A DNA stretch of 64,000 bases, taken from a virus. Below, one piece after another: positions 11,901 through 20,400 of this stretch. A program made the position numbers and the translations under genes. Numbering within the stretch: the first letter of the stretch is position 1; each line of letters begins with the position of its first letter. Below the pieces are notes generated by a model. That model was not told the DNA's origin and made no database searches. It saw only the letters and a list, made by a program, of their open reading frames with translations. The stretch spans positions 17,116 to 81,115 of IMG/VR virus record IMGVR_UViG_3300042346_000188. One strand, written 5' to 3'.

Positions 11901-14900
11901 GGCATTAGATGGCGTTCAAAATGCATTAAAATTTAATACAGATGCAATCAATGCTAATACATCTTCATTAGGAGGCAAGCCTCCACCAGCTAGTGAGAAT
12001 ACAGGCATAGTAACACCTAAGTCTGAATTCAAAAATACTGGTACCCAATATGACGAGATGTTTAAGAAATATGGAGAAATGAATAATGTTCCTCCTGCAC
12101 TCTTAAAGGCTATTGCTACTAACGAAACTGCTAACTTTGATACAAAAGCTGTTAGTTCTGCTGGTGCTGTTGGTATAATGCAACTTATGAAAGCAACAGG
12201 AGATAGATTTGGTGTAACTGATCGTACTAATGCAGAGCAATCTATTGCCGGTGCGGGTAAATATCTTCGTTACTTGATGGATAAGTTCCCTACTCTAGAA
12301 GAAGTTTCAGCAGCTTATAATGCTGGTGAGGGTAGCGTAGAGAGAGCTAATGCCAAAGCAAAGGCTAATGGTGGCTCATTTAAGGACTACTTGCCTAGAC
12401 CTAAAGAAACTGTACCTTACACTGGTCGTGTAATGGCGGACTATGCAAACTTCTCTAAACCAGTCGAACCGCCAAAGATTACTGAAAAGTATATTGAGTA
12501 TGGAGATAAGATAGGTTCTCAACTTAATAAATTCTTTAGCTATAAGCCACCTGCAAATGAAGTACCTTTTGGCTTTAGTACAAACCTTGAAAACTTTATA
12601 CCAAAGAAATCTGATATAGAGTTGCCTGATGCTCAGATGGCCTATGAAGACTTTAAACCATTTAAGGTTACTTTAAGTAAGCCTAACAAGCCTACTACAA
12701 CTGTAAACGGTGGTACCGATTTAGATACTAATATGAATGGTATCAATATTACTGCAAGGGATAAGCGTGACGATATTTACAAAAGTCTTGATTCTTTTGA
12801 TAGAATGTTTGGAGATTTTGGTACTGCAGACCTTGCCGATACAATGGATAAGATTCGCGAAGGCTTGAAAGCAACTGGAGAAGGTAATCCTGCTTATGAT
12901 GCTCAGCATATTGCTGAAAAGATTGCAGATCAAATTGGTGTTAATACTAATTTGCCTGATCTTAAATTAGGAGCATTACCTGATACTAGTATAAAAACAG
13001 TTGGCTCTCAGGTAGATCTTAAGCCATTTACTAATGCTTTAGAAGTCTATGGTAATTCAGTACCTACAGAAGCTCCTACTGTAATGGATACCTTTAGAGG
13101 AAGTAACAAACCATTAGCAGGTCAATATGGCGATGCCTTAGGTCTTGATCCAAAAGCATTGCAAACATTATCAGCAGGACAATTTAGTGCTTTAGACACC
13201 ATGACTGCAGCAAGAGCTAATGTACAGCAACAACTTACAGAAGGTCTTGGTACTAAAGGTTATGATGCTTCAGCAGCAACTCAAGCGCTAAAGAATCTTG
13301 ATGATCAAATTAACTCTTTTGTTGAAGGTGTAAATGCTAATGTTGCTGAGCTTAAGGTAGATAAGGCTGGTGCATATATGGCAGCCAACAAGAACAACAT
13401 TACTGGATTCTTAGGTAAATTTAGTTCTATTGGCACTGAAGTAACCGGCATGATGAATGAAGCAGATAAAGCTACTGCCAAATCTATGGCTATTCAGAAA
13501 TTGTACTTAGAAGATAAGTTGGCAAAAGACAGTATTGCTGGAAAGTCAACCCAAGAAACAAGCAAACAGTTAGCTGATTTGGCGGATGCAGAGGGTTACC
13601 TTAAAGATAAAACTTTAGAAGCTGCTAATGCAGTTCGTGAGGCTGGTAAGGCGTTTGCCGATTCTATCACTTCAACATTCAAAGATGCCTTCAAAGGCCT
13701 ATTGAATAGAGAATCTGATAAAGGTAAATCTGTCTTTAAGACCTTCACTGATAAACTTGTAAAAGGTATCAAAGATCAAACTGTCGATATCTTCACCAAT
13801 GCTGTAACAGATAGTATTGGCTTAGGCAAAGGCGGCTTGTTTACTAAGATGCTTAGTAGAACTGGTGCTGGATTATCATCTGGATTCCGTGCATTAGGTG
13901 GTGGTGTTCAGAGCTTGCTGTCTGGTAAAGGTAGTTGGAGTGGCTTCACTTCTGGTGTTAGTAGCTGGTTTAGCGACTTGACAGCTAATTTAGACAATGC
14001 TACGCCTGAAGAAATTCAAATGGCGGCAGCAACTAAGTTCTCTGATGCCGTTGACAGGTTTGCAGGCGGTGGTGCCATTTCTGGAGCCGCTAATGCAGCC
14101 ACAGGCAGCGGAATTGGTGGTGCCTTGATGAGTGCCATGCCGTGGGTTGGCGGTGCCGCAGGCGTTGCGGGATTGGGCTATATGGCAACTAAAGGTGGTG
14201 ACTGGAGTAGTGGTTTAAAAGATCTTGGTGCTAATTTTACAACTAAAGCTGGTAGTGCATTAACACCTTCCGGCAACCCTATGGAGACATTAGATCCACG
14301 TACAGGGTTGTTTGGTAAAATGGATCCTTTTGATGCTGATGTTACAGGCTTATTTAATAATAAGAGTAGCAGTAACAAGAACGGCTGGTCAGCTGGCCTA
14401 TCAGATTCTTTAGCTAAGAGTACCCCTGACACTACAGGCCTGTGGGATATAATTATGAAACCTATTAAATGGTTCTTTAGTTTAATAGGCGATGGTTTTA
14501 CAGGAATTATGTCATTCTTTACGGGTGCTGGGCAGGGCGTTGGGACTAGTTCAGGTAAGCCTGAAAGTGCTACAAGCCCCTTAGATAGTTTTAAGCTTAA
14601 GTTTGCTAATGGTGGGCCAGTCTCAGGCGGTGGTACAACTACTTCTGATTCTATACCTGCAATGCTATCTGATGGTGAATTTGTAATCAATGCAAAATCT
14701 ACCAGAGAAAACAGAGAAATGCTGGAGCGTATTAATCGCGGTGAAGTAGTTAAGCGTTCACTAGGCGGTATTGTTTCAATGGGTACAAGCCTTGCAGGAA
14801 GAGCTATTGGCGGTAAAACAGGAACAGCCCTAAGTTCATTGGGTTCTATTGCTAGTGGTGTTGCAGGCATGCTATCTAGTCAGCAAGCTGAACAAGCCGC

Positions 14901-16020
14901 TGAGTCTTTGTTAGCCGCATCTCAACACTTAGAAACAGCCGCAACAGCCTTAGAAAACTTTGCAGCCACTGGCAGTATGGGTGGCGGTGCTGGTGGTTTT
15001 GGCGGTCTTAATGGCAGTACAATCGGCTTAAACGGCATTCCAGAGGGTATGACAAATTTCTCTAGACAGACAGGTATGGAGGGTGCAACCACTCAGGGTA
15101 TTGCCGATACAAGCGGTTATGGCGCTACGCCTGGATTAACACCAATATCTAGTGTAGGTATGGGTGATCTATCGGCTTCAGGTGGTATGGTTGGTGGTGG
15201 CGGTGGAATGTTTGATGGTATTTTTGACTTCTTTTCAAAATTAGATTTTGGTAAGATGTTTGGAAGTCTTGGCAGTCTGTTTGGTCTTGGGGCTGCTACT
15301 GGTGGACATATTGTTGGCCCAGGTTCTGGTACTTCTGACTCTATTCCAGCTAACTTGTCTAACGGTGAGTTTGTCGTAAACGCAGCAGCTACTAAGGGTA
15401 ATCTAGGGTTATTACACTCTATCAACGCTGGTAAAAAGGTTCAACATCGTGCCCTAGGCGGTTTGCTAACAATGATTCCAGGACTAGTTGGTGGTATTGG
15501 TGGTATGATTAAAGGCGGTGGCGGAGGTGGTGCAGGTGGTATTATGGGCATGATTTCGCAGTTACTTGGCCCCTTAATGAAGCTGTTTGGTGGCGGTGCA
15601 GGTGGTGGCGGTATTATGAGTTTATTTGGCGGTACTAAAGCAGCTACTGGTGGAAAGATTGTTGGACCAGGCTCTGGTACTTCGGACTCTATTCCTGCAA
15701 TGATATCTAATGGCGAATTTGTTGTTAATGCCGCAGCTACTAAGGCAAACCTTGGTCTTTTACATAGCTTAAATAGTAGTCGTCAACGTTTTGCAGAAGG
15801 TGGTCTAGCTGGTGTTTCAAGTGGCATTATGACAACACCAACTGCAAAAGGCTTTAAACCGGTATCAGTAGACAAGTCAACAAAGAGTACTCAACAGGTG
15901 GTTAACCTTAATATAACAGGTGACATCTCTCGTCAAACTAAGTCAGAAATCTTTAAGATGATGCCTACAATTGCGAGTGGTGTTAATTTACAAAATAAAG
16001 AAGCAGGAATTAAACGATAA
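2962..16020 (+). CDS. tape measure protein (4352 aa) with internal SLT lytic transglycosylase domain
   Basis: N-terminal tape-measure motif QLGQGFSSGTLRGEELNSVMEQTP; SLT motifs AIATNET, AVGIMQLM, AAYNAGEG (about 12050-12450); three C-terminal GG-x-V-x-G-x-G-x-x-TSDSIPA-x-LS-x-GEFV-x-NA modules. Confidence 0.92.
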   Translation: MSGIVIEVDANTRKAQRNLEEVNTAVKSISHSVNAMTDGFKSAFVAIGSTFAADQLLRYVEDTTSSLQEMENKVALIVGKSNELYDTQVRLRNIADETKGTYSETVEVFTAMGRAMRGTNVDIERLLRSSKTIQQAVAISGSSAESSKAALVQLGQGFSSGTLRGEELNSVMEQTPRIAAMIADSMGVTLGQMRLIAAQGEVTSEVIFKALADQAERINKEFTNIVPTLSKSLIKMKENAAYAFAEFDKGLELSDKLSKNIFGVSEALGASIDKAYLLGYALKVALKSYNTPLKDLLEPITEFLDISIYMFRHALDTIGFTRFVTSVIEPMQTKFVAFVDVAMTKWKMFGSLLRSNKGNDSFYIIKPLKEIGNITFLTMRNSLITVEAQLTSVVQGVTGRFRAFIIKEMRSFNIGGEIAWFKISKSIIENLQESFLGINSVGAILKATTSALFVELGSSLGGLLQDLGDSLAQYDLFERIFGITTATSKLAKITGNLINTATKFGSDFFSAVIDTSETFVDELYYTLAEGLNTVLPKFAKIDMPIAFKLDALITSAEESLDGLLNSFVTFSERLAKLDLFGMLVKGLSELGVIAVDVFNVLIHWVTTFTNLVVKSDIGAWFVRAIDGIGFYADKLRNILAPIQAFGDAVIEVFFKVYDAVIGHSWWTDTVETIIYTSANLWGNTKKGLGDFGNSVIDLFENIYDKIGNILTKVAKLDFSKTMGKLNAKLYAYSPDLAGYAVSIEDSIGKAVTFLQVAFTNTKLFDGLRYSFAASMGAGFTFLEQRFRAWIATWPIALRQAFSVAAMAMVFKSLPKVIAEGVMGGWLLASAIISSTSLAITLTANTFDKSLGVELGKMAGDLAAGVVNGSVVDIPRLIGEAFAFIGNFMQNFLTGIPYVGVLFAGIFKIASLFGSGPAVGVLGAWLFGGTAVRLLSELGIYRKTMGDIVTRQRSFQSFFSGTYTGSKSGGPPTPLGKISQAFFNDTNRTQSLAIMGLGMDVSGMFNSLYKDNVIGHAIARGGLIWLALTGESGLQSMKTNILAPIMANLYSVLDRSPMWWKIKDKWNREVTSSAAGGFVGLTQWMAREAGTLATFVHDRLAMAFSNSNKIGGATFMQHLLLGRGANSFDIVDRFILQVESAMVRMKERIGRISGVGGILGWLIPSQKTVFMMLAGLALALSAMATQAAETNFDNKFVKVSKGGDKEQMAKDGNLNQYGKYTNDIKGITEEWNLAATIGNPLQAIKDAWDTINVTATQWLLGITAGATVFLIVAKELKRTLTATYAEVDRAGLVMTAISYLVKSTFRIITSTIVEALRLLYFETVSFKREKLTGLAYATAMIQSALAVIVRFIAAIYIPQAFGLGGMGMGIGALAAWAAYSSGPAVALRMAANKKLEAALLMRDTLLMKLDNKFANLAYLNARVPTSTGVLRSVDILLQTAAAAGAMVSGRLRSLPAGMLKESIAEGRGAHIAQYVASTSYAGAAQQVAMGISASKQALINKLDTAKMFNRTGVQESLAVFTMLEDKFIRFASTLKAIRSVLDSGMSILGAAATYRAMSSMMALYIVGNLVNAFANPKKRGEQEGFLGSGHAIGMDYFGNMPFFGGEVPLSHLLVPGAMGIWMLKSAKRVGLARAHDVSFAKQTARYEKTYASQIAADASALNQYKAQQAIYESTVAANPAASMVPPIVPTATAPARPVKKSQIELEARDAKKRAFMEWQKNSEDRAWMARQESKLFQKQGLGTAAEYLAMTTMQQRDTGVRATRQGFMQGRYDERMAAGRGSVIRHTMPAVAGAGVAGLGMMAVGGYLGAKAGSSMSDGSQEGISLGAVIGAGLAGWIGKDVVTSLFNVLKNTKNLALFKWTWIPVAMAMAWDSISTAHKTIWDRIIGLWDSFKNMIGLKEEPKDLKTGLGQSNMVEAAKLGISPSFDISKIDMEKLSYSESTILKDTLKKADEALNAAHAERLRLGYVTDETASAANESLKALARMSKEFAAKTKINVEETANQMLLLSRKNDLDPTRGTQAKDFIGGNWKELLGAVAMTVLGSKLKLLAPLGAELAPAAAGTSNAARYGRYISDKGGNIVRVAASFIGLKGMQEDMSTAIASGAVEGLSVGLMVPGPYKAVSGAIGLAVGAGIGAATSAFSSRKEDYQRRDFVEFPSSQGYVPSIPTTYNPMESQRPDYLTVATSDAERARLEAENLRKSFINSIKESTSAYNQMDKGSGLAAEYSDRLAELNKTYHGFKATQYEIGDSGAINNKELNAKYYRKLKENVEALQEWTDASIKQTEFLRKVSAREAIAKNEPGFWKPLGVTLDNLKDFQLSGPQFAVGQDVKKRADTLVHQTQFSDNADSNANLFEKKRLADKRIYLQTLEADKYLNSGMALTKLGNDISLALGDEVKYLSEDITNNLRERIRKIQFVEEQALTRIQLPSLENLDAMPLADRSAAKIRNQVLMDKYNSDVERADARKKALPGFRFGTRYAALDAVTKTPEAMSAKMTNLYAADATKALANYRELGLEQTNDLMLTKERLSVIRDYAVSEHKLDLLVDVDKLISSVDKALTPLQLTVSAALENAFAGLSDQAVTFLPADTFIELKSIGTQIARIKKDLDDPESQFLPQEDLIAKKNALKDLKARAEDLVAVLQTATGDTMLAAVSDLGLSVTQRASVSLSQMKAALALKNGIASVAGQLANTTDPTEQQRLIQKAAGYENTRDLLKFTATLDKSGFNTVAEALGLDLNKLSNKGKSLLKEFSGLAKYINILKADSVQLNSQAAIDKYLSNLTALARLTERVQMTNKQNTLEILGDLAGGKTSVNLAEQLSLGVVNGLSNTSKVLKQKLSEAIADSGDVLDGVALKIAKGIDALSSYQPLIAFFDSLADKAETAIHGGIGRALEQVNKAFPDLKIDATVMGKMDAGARKSLTDKAYNVNILRELQTKPLNEDQAKVLNRLGELGPEKTIEEFAKVGKSLLESIGITDIQLNTVALDGVQNALKFNTDAINANTSSLGGKPPPASENTGIVTPKSEFKNTGTQYDEMFKKYGEMNNVPPALLKAIATNETANFDTKAVSSAGAVGIMQLMKATGDRFGVTDRTNAEQSIAGAGKYLRYLMDKFPTLEEVSAAYNAGEGSVERANAKAKANGGSFKDYLPRPKETVPYTGRVMADYANFSKPVEPPKITEKYIEYGDKIGSQLNKFFSYKPPANEVPFGFSTNLENFIPKKSDIELPDAQMAYEDFKPFKVTLSKPNKPTTTVNGGTDLDTNMNGINITARDKRDDIYKSLDSFDRMFGDFGTADLADTMDKIREGLKATGEGNPAYDAQHIAEKIADQIGVNTNLPDLKLGALPDTSIKTVGSQVDLKPFTNALEVYGNSVPTEAPTVMDTFRGSNKPLAGQYGDALGLDPKALQTLSAGQFSALDTMTAARANVQQQLTEGLGTKGYDASAATQALKNLDDQINSFVEGVNANVAELKVDKAGAYMAANKNNITGFLGKFSSIGTEVTGMMNEADKATAKSMAIQKLYLEDKLAKDSIAGKSTQETSKQLADLADAEGYLKDKTLEAANAVREAGKAFADSITSTFKDAFKGLLNRESDKGKSVFKTFTDKLVKGIKDQTVDIFTNAVTDSIGLGKGGLFTKMLSRTGAGLSSGFRALGGGVQSLLSGKGSWSGFTSGVSSWFSDLTANLDNATPEEIQMAAATKFSDAVDRFAGGGAISGAANAATGSGIGGALMSAMPWVGGAAGVAGLGYMATKGGDWSSGLKDLGANFTTKAGSALTPSGNPMETLDPRTGLFGKMDPFDADVTGLFNNKSSSNKNGWSAGLSDSLAKSTPDTTGLWDIIMKPIKWFFSLIGDGFTGIMSFFTGAGQGVGTSSGKPESATSPLDSFKLKFANGGPVSGGGTTTSDSIPAMLSDGEFVINAKSTRENREMLERINRGEVVKRSLGGIVSMGTSLAGRAIGGKTGTALSSLGSIASGVAGMLSSQQAEQAAESLLAASQHLETAATALENFAATGSMGGGAGGFGGLNGSTIGLNGIPEGMTNFSRQTGMEGATTQGIADTSGYGATPGLTPISSVGMGDLSASGGMVGGGGGMFDGIFDFFSKLDFGKMFGSLGSLFGLGAATGGHIVGPGSGTSDSIPANLSNGEFVVNAAATKGNLGLLHSINAGKKVQHRALGGLLTMIPGLVGGIGGMIKGGGGGGAGGIMGMISQLLGPLMKLFGGGAGGGGIMSLFGGTKAATGGKIVGPGSGTSDSIPAMISNGEFVVNAAATKANLGLLHSLNSSRQRFAEGGLAGVSSGIMTTPTAKGFKPVSVDKSTKSTQQVVNLNITGDISRQTKSEIFKMMPTIASGVNLQNKEAGIKR
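14602..15810 (+). repeat. three copies of the TMP C-terminal TSDSIPAxLSxGEFVxNA module
   Basis: Copies start near 14602, 15292 and 15640; copies 2 and 3 are also similar at DNA level. Confidence 0.8.
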
Positions 16021-16652
16021 TGATACACGGTATCCTAGATGATTCAGGCAATATAATTGCATCCTTTGTAGTCCCTTTGACTGTAAAGAGCAATCAGCCA
16101 GTATTTGTCTCGGATACCCTTTCGTTAAAGCGTGCGATCCAACGTAGATCTTCTCAGAGATGGGAGATAGAGACTCGTCTATCTCCTCTCAAGGAATCAG
16201 CTAACGATTTGATGGTAAACTTTATAACAAAGGGTTTCGATACAATACATCAAATTATAGTCCCACAAAATTATGCTGTTTTTACAAAAACAACTGCAGC
16301 GGGGCTTGTTCAAACAGATTCAGTTAATAGAGTAGCAGGCGTAAATCAGCTTGCTATTGCTATGACAGCTATAAATGCAGGCAAGTTAATACCAAAAGGT
16401 GCATTTATTAAATTTGCAAATCACTCTAAAATCTATATGGTTATAGAGAACTGTAGTATGTCAGCTTCACAGGTGACAGCACTTAAGATATTTCCACAGT
16501 TAAGACAAGCGGTCCCAGCAGGTACACTAATCACATATAGTGATGATGTTAGAATGTCTGTACGATATGATACAGAAGTGGTAACCGGAATGGTATATGA
16601 AGACGGGTTACTAATGGATAATGGCGTTATTAAATTAATAGAGGCGTTATGA
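16020..16652 (+). CDS. distal tail protein (Dit, T5 pb9-like)
   Basis: 210 aa directly after the TMP; SNQP..SDTLSLKR..QRWEI and G-x-FIKF-x-NH-x-KIYMV...IFP-x-L patterns. Confidence 0.7.
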   Translation: MIHGILDDSGNIIASFVVPLTVKSNQPVFVSDTLSLKRAIQRRSSQRWEIETRLSPLKESANDLMVNFITKGFDTIHQIIVPQNYAVFTKTTAAGLVQTDSVNRVAGVNQLAIAMTAINAGKLIPKGAFIKFANHSKIYMVIENCSMSASQVTALKIFPQLRQAVPAGTLITYSDDVRMSVRYDTEVVTGMVYEDGLLMDNGVIKLIEAL

Positions 16653-17485
16653 TAATTTTCCCCCCAAATGTACAGTGGGCACTACAACAAGATACTATTG
16701 AAGCGTTTTATATGCTTCGTATTCTACAAGAAACACACTGTACAATAGCTGCAGCGGCGGCAGGCACCACTACTATAAGCTTATTGCCTGCAATTCCAAC
16801 ACAAAATAAAGTAATAAGAGCTGGGACAGTTGTTACGTTTGCAGGTGATACAAAGAAATACTCAGTTGTTACGGGAGGAGATCTCTCTGATACTACAGCA
16901 ACTACCGTGACTATCTCACCAGCTCTGACAAGTGCAAAGCTTGTAAATACAAAAGTTACATTTGAATATAATGTAATACACAGTACAAGCTTATTCATGG
17001 ATATAGATCTTCTAGATTCTGCAGGTCTTCCTGTGCTAGGGCATAGTTACGTTGCAGATGACACAATTGCAAGTGTAGATGCACCACAAGCTACTACTAA
17101 TGTAGATAGAGAGCAATTTAGAATTTTACTGAGTGATCCGCGCTTAGAGTCAATGGAAACTGTGTTTAACAACCTAGTTGGCTATCCTATTGAAGTTAGA
17201 CTAGGTTTTTTAAATATTGACACTTGTATGCCTTTCCTCAGCCTTTCTGACACCATTATAGTATATAAAGGTCGTGTAGACAGCACGGCATACTCAATCA
17301 AGACACAAGAGATGGGTGAAGCTGTATTACAAGTAACTGGTTCAAGTCCAATGAGAAGCTTAGATGCAAAGAATTCACTATTCTTAAGCAGAGATTACGT
17401 ACGACAGCTAAGTCCGAATGATTCTTCTTGTGATCAAATCTTTGAAGGTTCAGAAGCACTAGTATTAAAGTGGGGTAGAATCTAA
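16649..17485 (+). CDS. tail tip / baseplate hub-associated minor tail protein
   Basis: Between Dit and the tip protein; YKGRVD and terminal LKWGR motifs typical of siphophage minor tail proteins. Confidence 0.6.
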   Translation: MIIFPPNVQWALQQDTIEAFYMLRILQETHCTIAAAAAGTTTISLLPAIPTQNKVIRAGTVVTFAGDTKKYSVVTGGDLSDTTATTVTISPALTSAKLVNTKVTFEYNVIHSTSLFMDIDLLDSAGLPVLGHSYVADDTIASVDAPQATTNVDREQFRILLSDPRLESMETVFNNLVGYPIEVRLGFLNIDTCMPFLSLSDTIIVYKGRVDSTAYSIKTQEMGEAVLQVTGSSPMRSLDAKNSLFLSRDYVRQLSPNDSSCDQIFEGSEALVLKWGRI

Positions 17486-20400
17486 TGGTATTTTTAACAT
17501 TAACACTTGCCACCTGGATTATGATAGCAATGGTTGCTATTTCAGTTGGGATGACAATTTATAGTTTAATGCAAACACCACCAGCCTTCGATACGAGTGC
17601 TTTGGAAGCCCGTAAGGGAGCTGAAGTTGTTATTGAAGGAAAGTCAGAAGATCTTCCATTAGTTTACGGAAGAGCTTTAGTAGGCGGTTCACGTGTATTT
17701 CATGCAGTATCTAGTGATTTTAATTATGTAGCATCTAATGCAGATAAAACGTTTGCAACAGGCGTTAACCATACGGTAACTTGGTTTACAGAGTTTTACT
17801 TAGTTAATAATCCTCGTGCAGTAAATGCAATATTAGAAAAGAGAGGTACTACAGGTACAACTGAGGTTCTCACTCAATTAGCAAAAAGTATTAACGGTAG
17901 GAAGAATGAATTTTTATATTTTCAACAAGCACTTTGCCAAGGCCCGATTGGGGGTGTAATTGATGTTGTACTAGAATCATCACGATACTTAGATGATGCA
18001 ACCTTAGCTACTTTTGGTGCTCCAGATGATCTTAATACTGGTGAAAAGCATAAATGGAGTGATCCGAAAAAGGCACGTACAGCTGTTAGGATTGATGTAC
18101 ATTATGATGCAGGGATGAATATCGCAGATAGTATCATTGCAGCTAATTTTCCTGAAAGATCAGATGCTACATTTAACAATATTGTGTATGCCAGTGCTAC
18201 AGTACGTACAGACAGAGATGATCCACAATTTAGTGCGCCACCCAGGCTACAGTTCTATATAGAGGGCAAGAAAGTTCGTAAAGTTGTAAACGGAGTATTA
18301 AATACAAACTTTGAGTATAGTAATAACCCAGCCTGGTGTTTGTTAGATTATCTATTAGACGGTCTTTCTGGTGCGTCAATTCCTGTTGAAGAGATTAATC
18401 TTCCAAGCTTTGAAGCTGCTTCTTTAGTCTGTGATTATATTGTTGCAGAAGATGTGACGACAGCTGGAAAGATTTGGCAGAATACAGAAGGTACTCGCAA
18501 TATTCATACGCGAGATCTACCTCTTTATGAATGCAATATGATCATTGATACTAAGAAGCCAATTAGAGATAATATTACCGGCATGTTAACTAGTATGGGT
18601 GATGCTCGTTTAATATGGTCACAGGGGCAATATAGACTTAGCCTCCAATATACACACACAAGTAATGATGACTTGTTCATTGTAGCTGAGCTTGGTGAAG
18701 ATGACTTAGTGCTTGATCAAGAAGTTGAAATCAATTTACCTTCAGCTAGTGATCGCTTAAATTATTGTACAGTTAAGTTTCATAATGAATTGTCTAATTT
18801 TAAAGAAGATTCTGTAAGTTGGCCGCCTAAATTTCCCGGTAAAGTTTATAAGGGTGTTGGTGGTAAGAAGTATCCTATTTCGGATTATAGTTATACAGAA
18901 GATAACGAGGATGGCAGCTTTAATAGAGGCGCTAATCTGTTAAACTCTGTAGGTGTTTGGGGGTCTACTCTCAATACTACATACTTAAGCTATTACATCA
19001 TTTTGACTTATGAAGATGTTATGGATCCTGATAACAACGACCTAATCAAACCTGTTAAGGTGCAGTACACAGGTGATAATGAAATTAGGATTCGTATTAA
19101 AAACAAAACCAATACTATTACCTACTTAGATGCTCAACACAAAGATTGGAAATCACAAAAAGAATCTATAGTTACGTTGCCTATTCTAAAAGGTGAAACA
19201 CAAGTTTTCCATATAGAAATAGACGGGACTAATACTCAGAAGGAAAAAGCCGTAGCTGCTAGAATAGTTAACGGCCCTAAAATACTGTGGACAACTCGTG
19301 AGTCAGCTTATTCAGATGTATTAGAGATTGATAATACAGATACAACATACTCAGTCTTCTTAGAAGAAGATGGCGGTACTAAGTTGGAGATGGAAACTTC
19401 AGTTGAAGCAATGACAGACCCTTATCATGCAGCAGCTAAAGCAGAAGAGTATGTACGAATGAGTAGATCCTCTTTCGTAATTAAGTTTAAATATGTTGTA
19501 AGACAAAACTATTTAGAGCCTGGAGATTTTGTTAAGCTTACTAGTCCTACCCTTAATCTTGCAGGTGAAATATTTAGAGTCAATTCTGTTAAGATTGTTG
19601 AGGGTCATAATTGTGAAGTAACTGCACAACGTTTTGATCACTTGCAGTTAGCTTGGTCACAAAAAGATGATCAGCATATGGTTCCGCCAAATATTTATAG
19701 TAATCTTTTTAATCCCCCAAGAAATCTTAAATACATACCTACAGGCAGCTCTCGATTAATTACATCAGGCACGTTAGTTTGGGACGCTCCGGGTGATGCT
19801 GTAGATTTGGCTTATTACATTGTATCTGTACACGAAGCCGATGGCCCAACGCGGACTAACAACGCTCCAATCTTTAGAGAGCTAGGACGTGTAGCCGAAA
19901 GTTCTTTTGTATTACCTAAGCTAGAAGCTTTTAGTGCAATATTTTCAGTGATGGCTGTCAGTACATCTGGTCGTCGTTCTACTACAATCTATACTGGTGA
20001 TAAAGCACAAATAATAGATGTTTATGATTCGTATCTATTTGATGGGTTAACAGTATCACGTAGCGGTCTTACTGTAAACTGGACTGCTTGCAATGTTTAT
20101 GAAAGTGGTGTTTTGTTAAAAGCTTTACCAGCAGGCACAGTTACATGGACAGAAGGTCTTTTATTTATTTACTTTGATTTTGTTAACGACAAGATTATTA
20201 AGGCTACAACAGACTATACTCAGGTTTATAATGGCGTTGTATTGGCAACATTTGATGGTGTTGAGTTTAACCTTAGTGTATCCGAACTAGATGCACCTAC
20301 AGTATTAACTGTTGAAGGCCGTACTGATACAGTGTTTGATTCTAAAGATGCTAAAATTGTCTGGCAAGCTAATTCTTCAAATCTATCAGCAAGTACTTTC

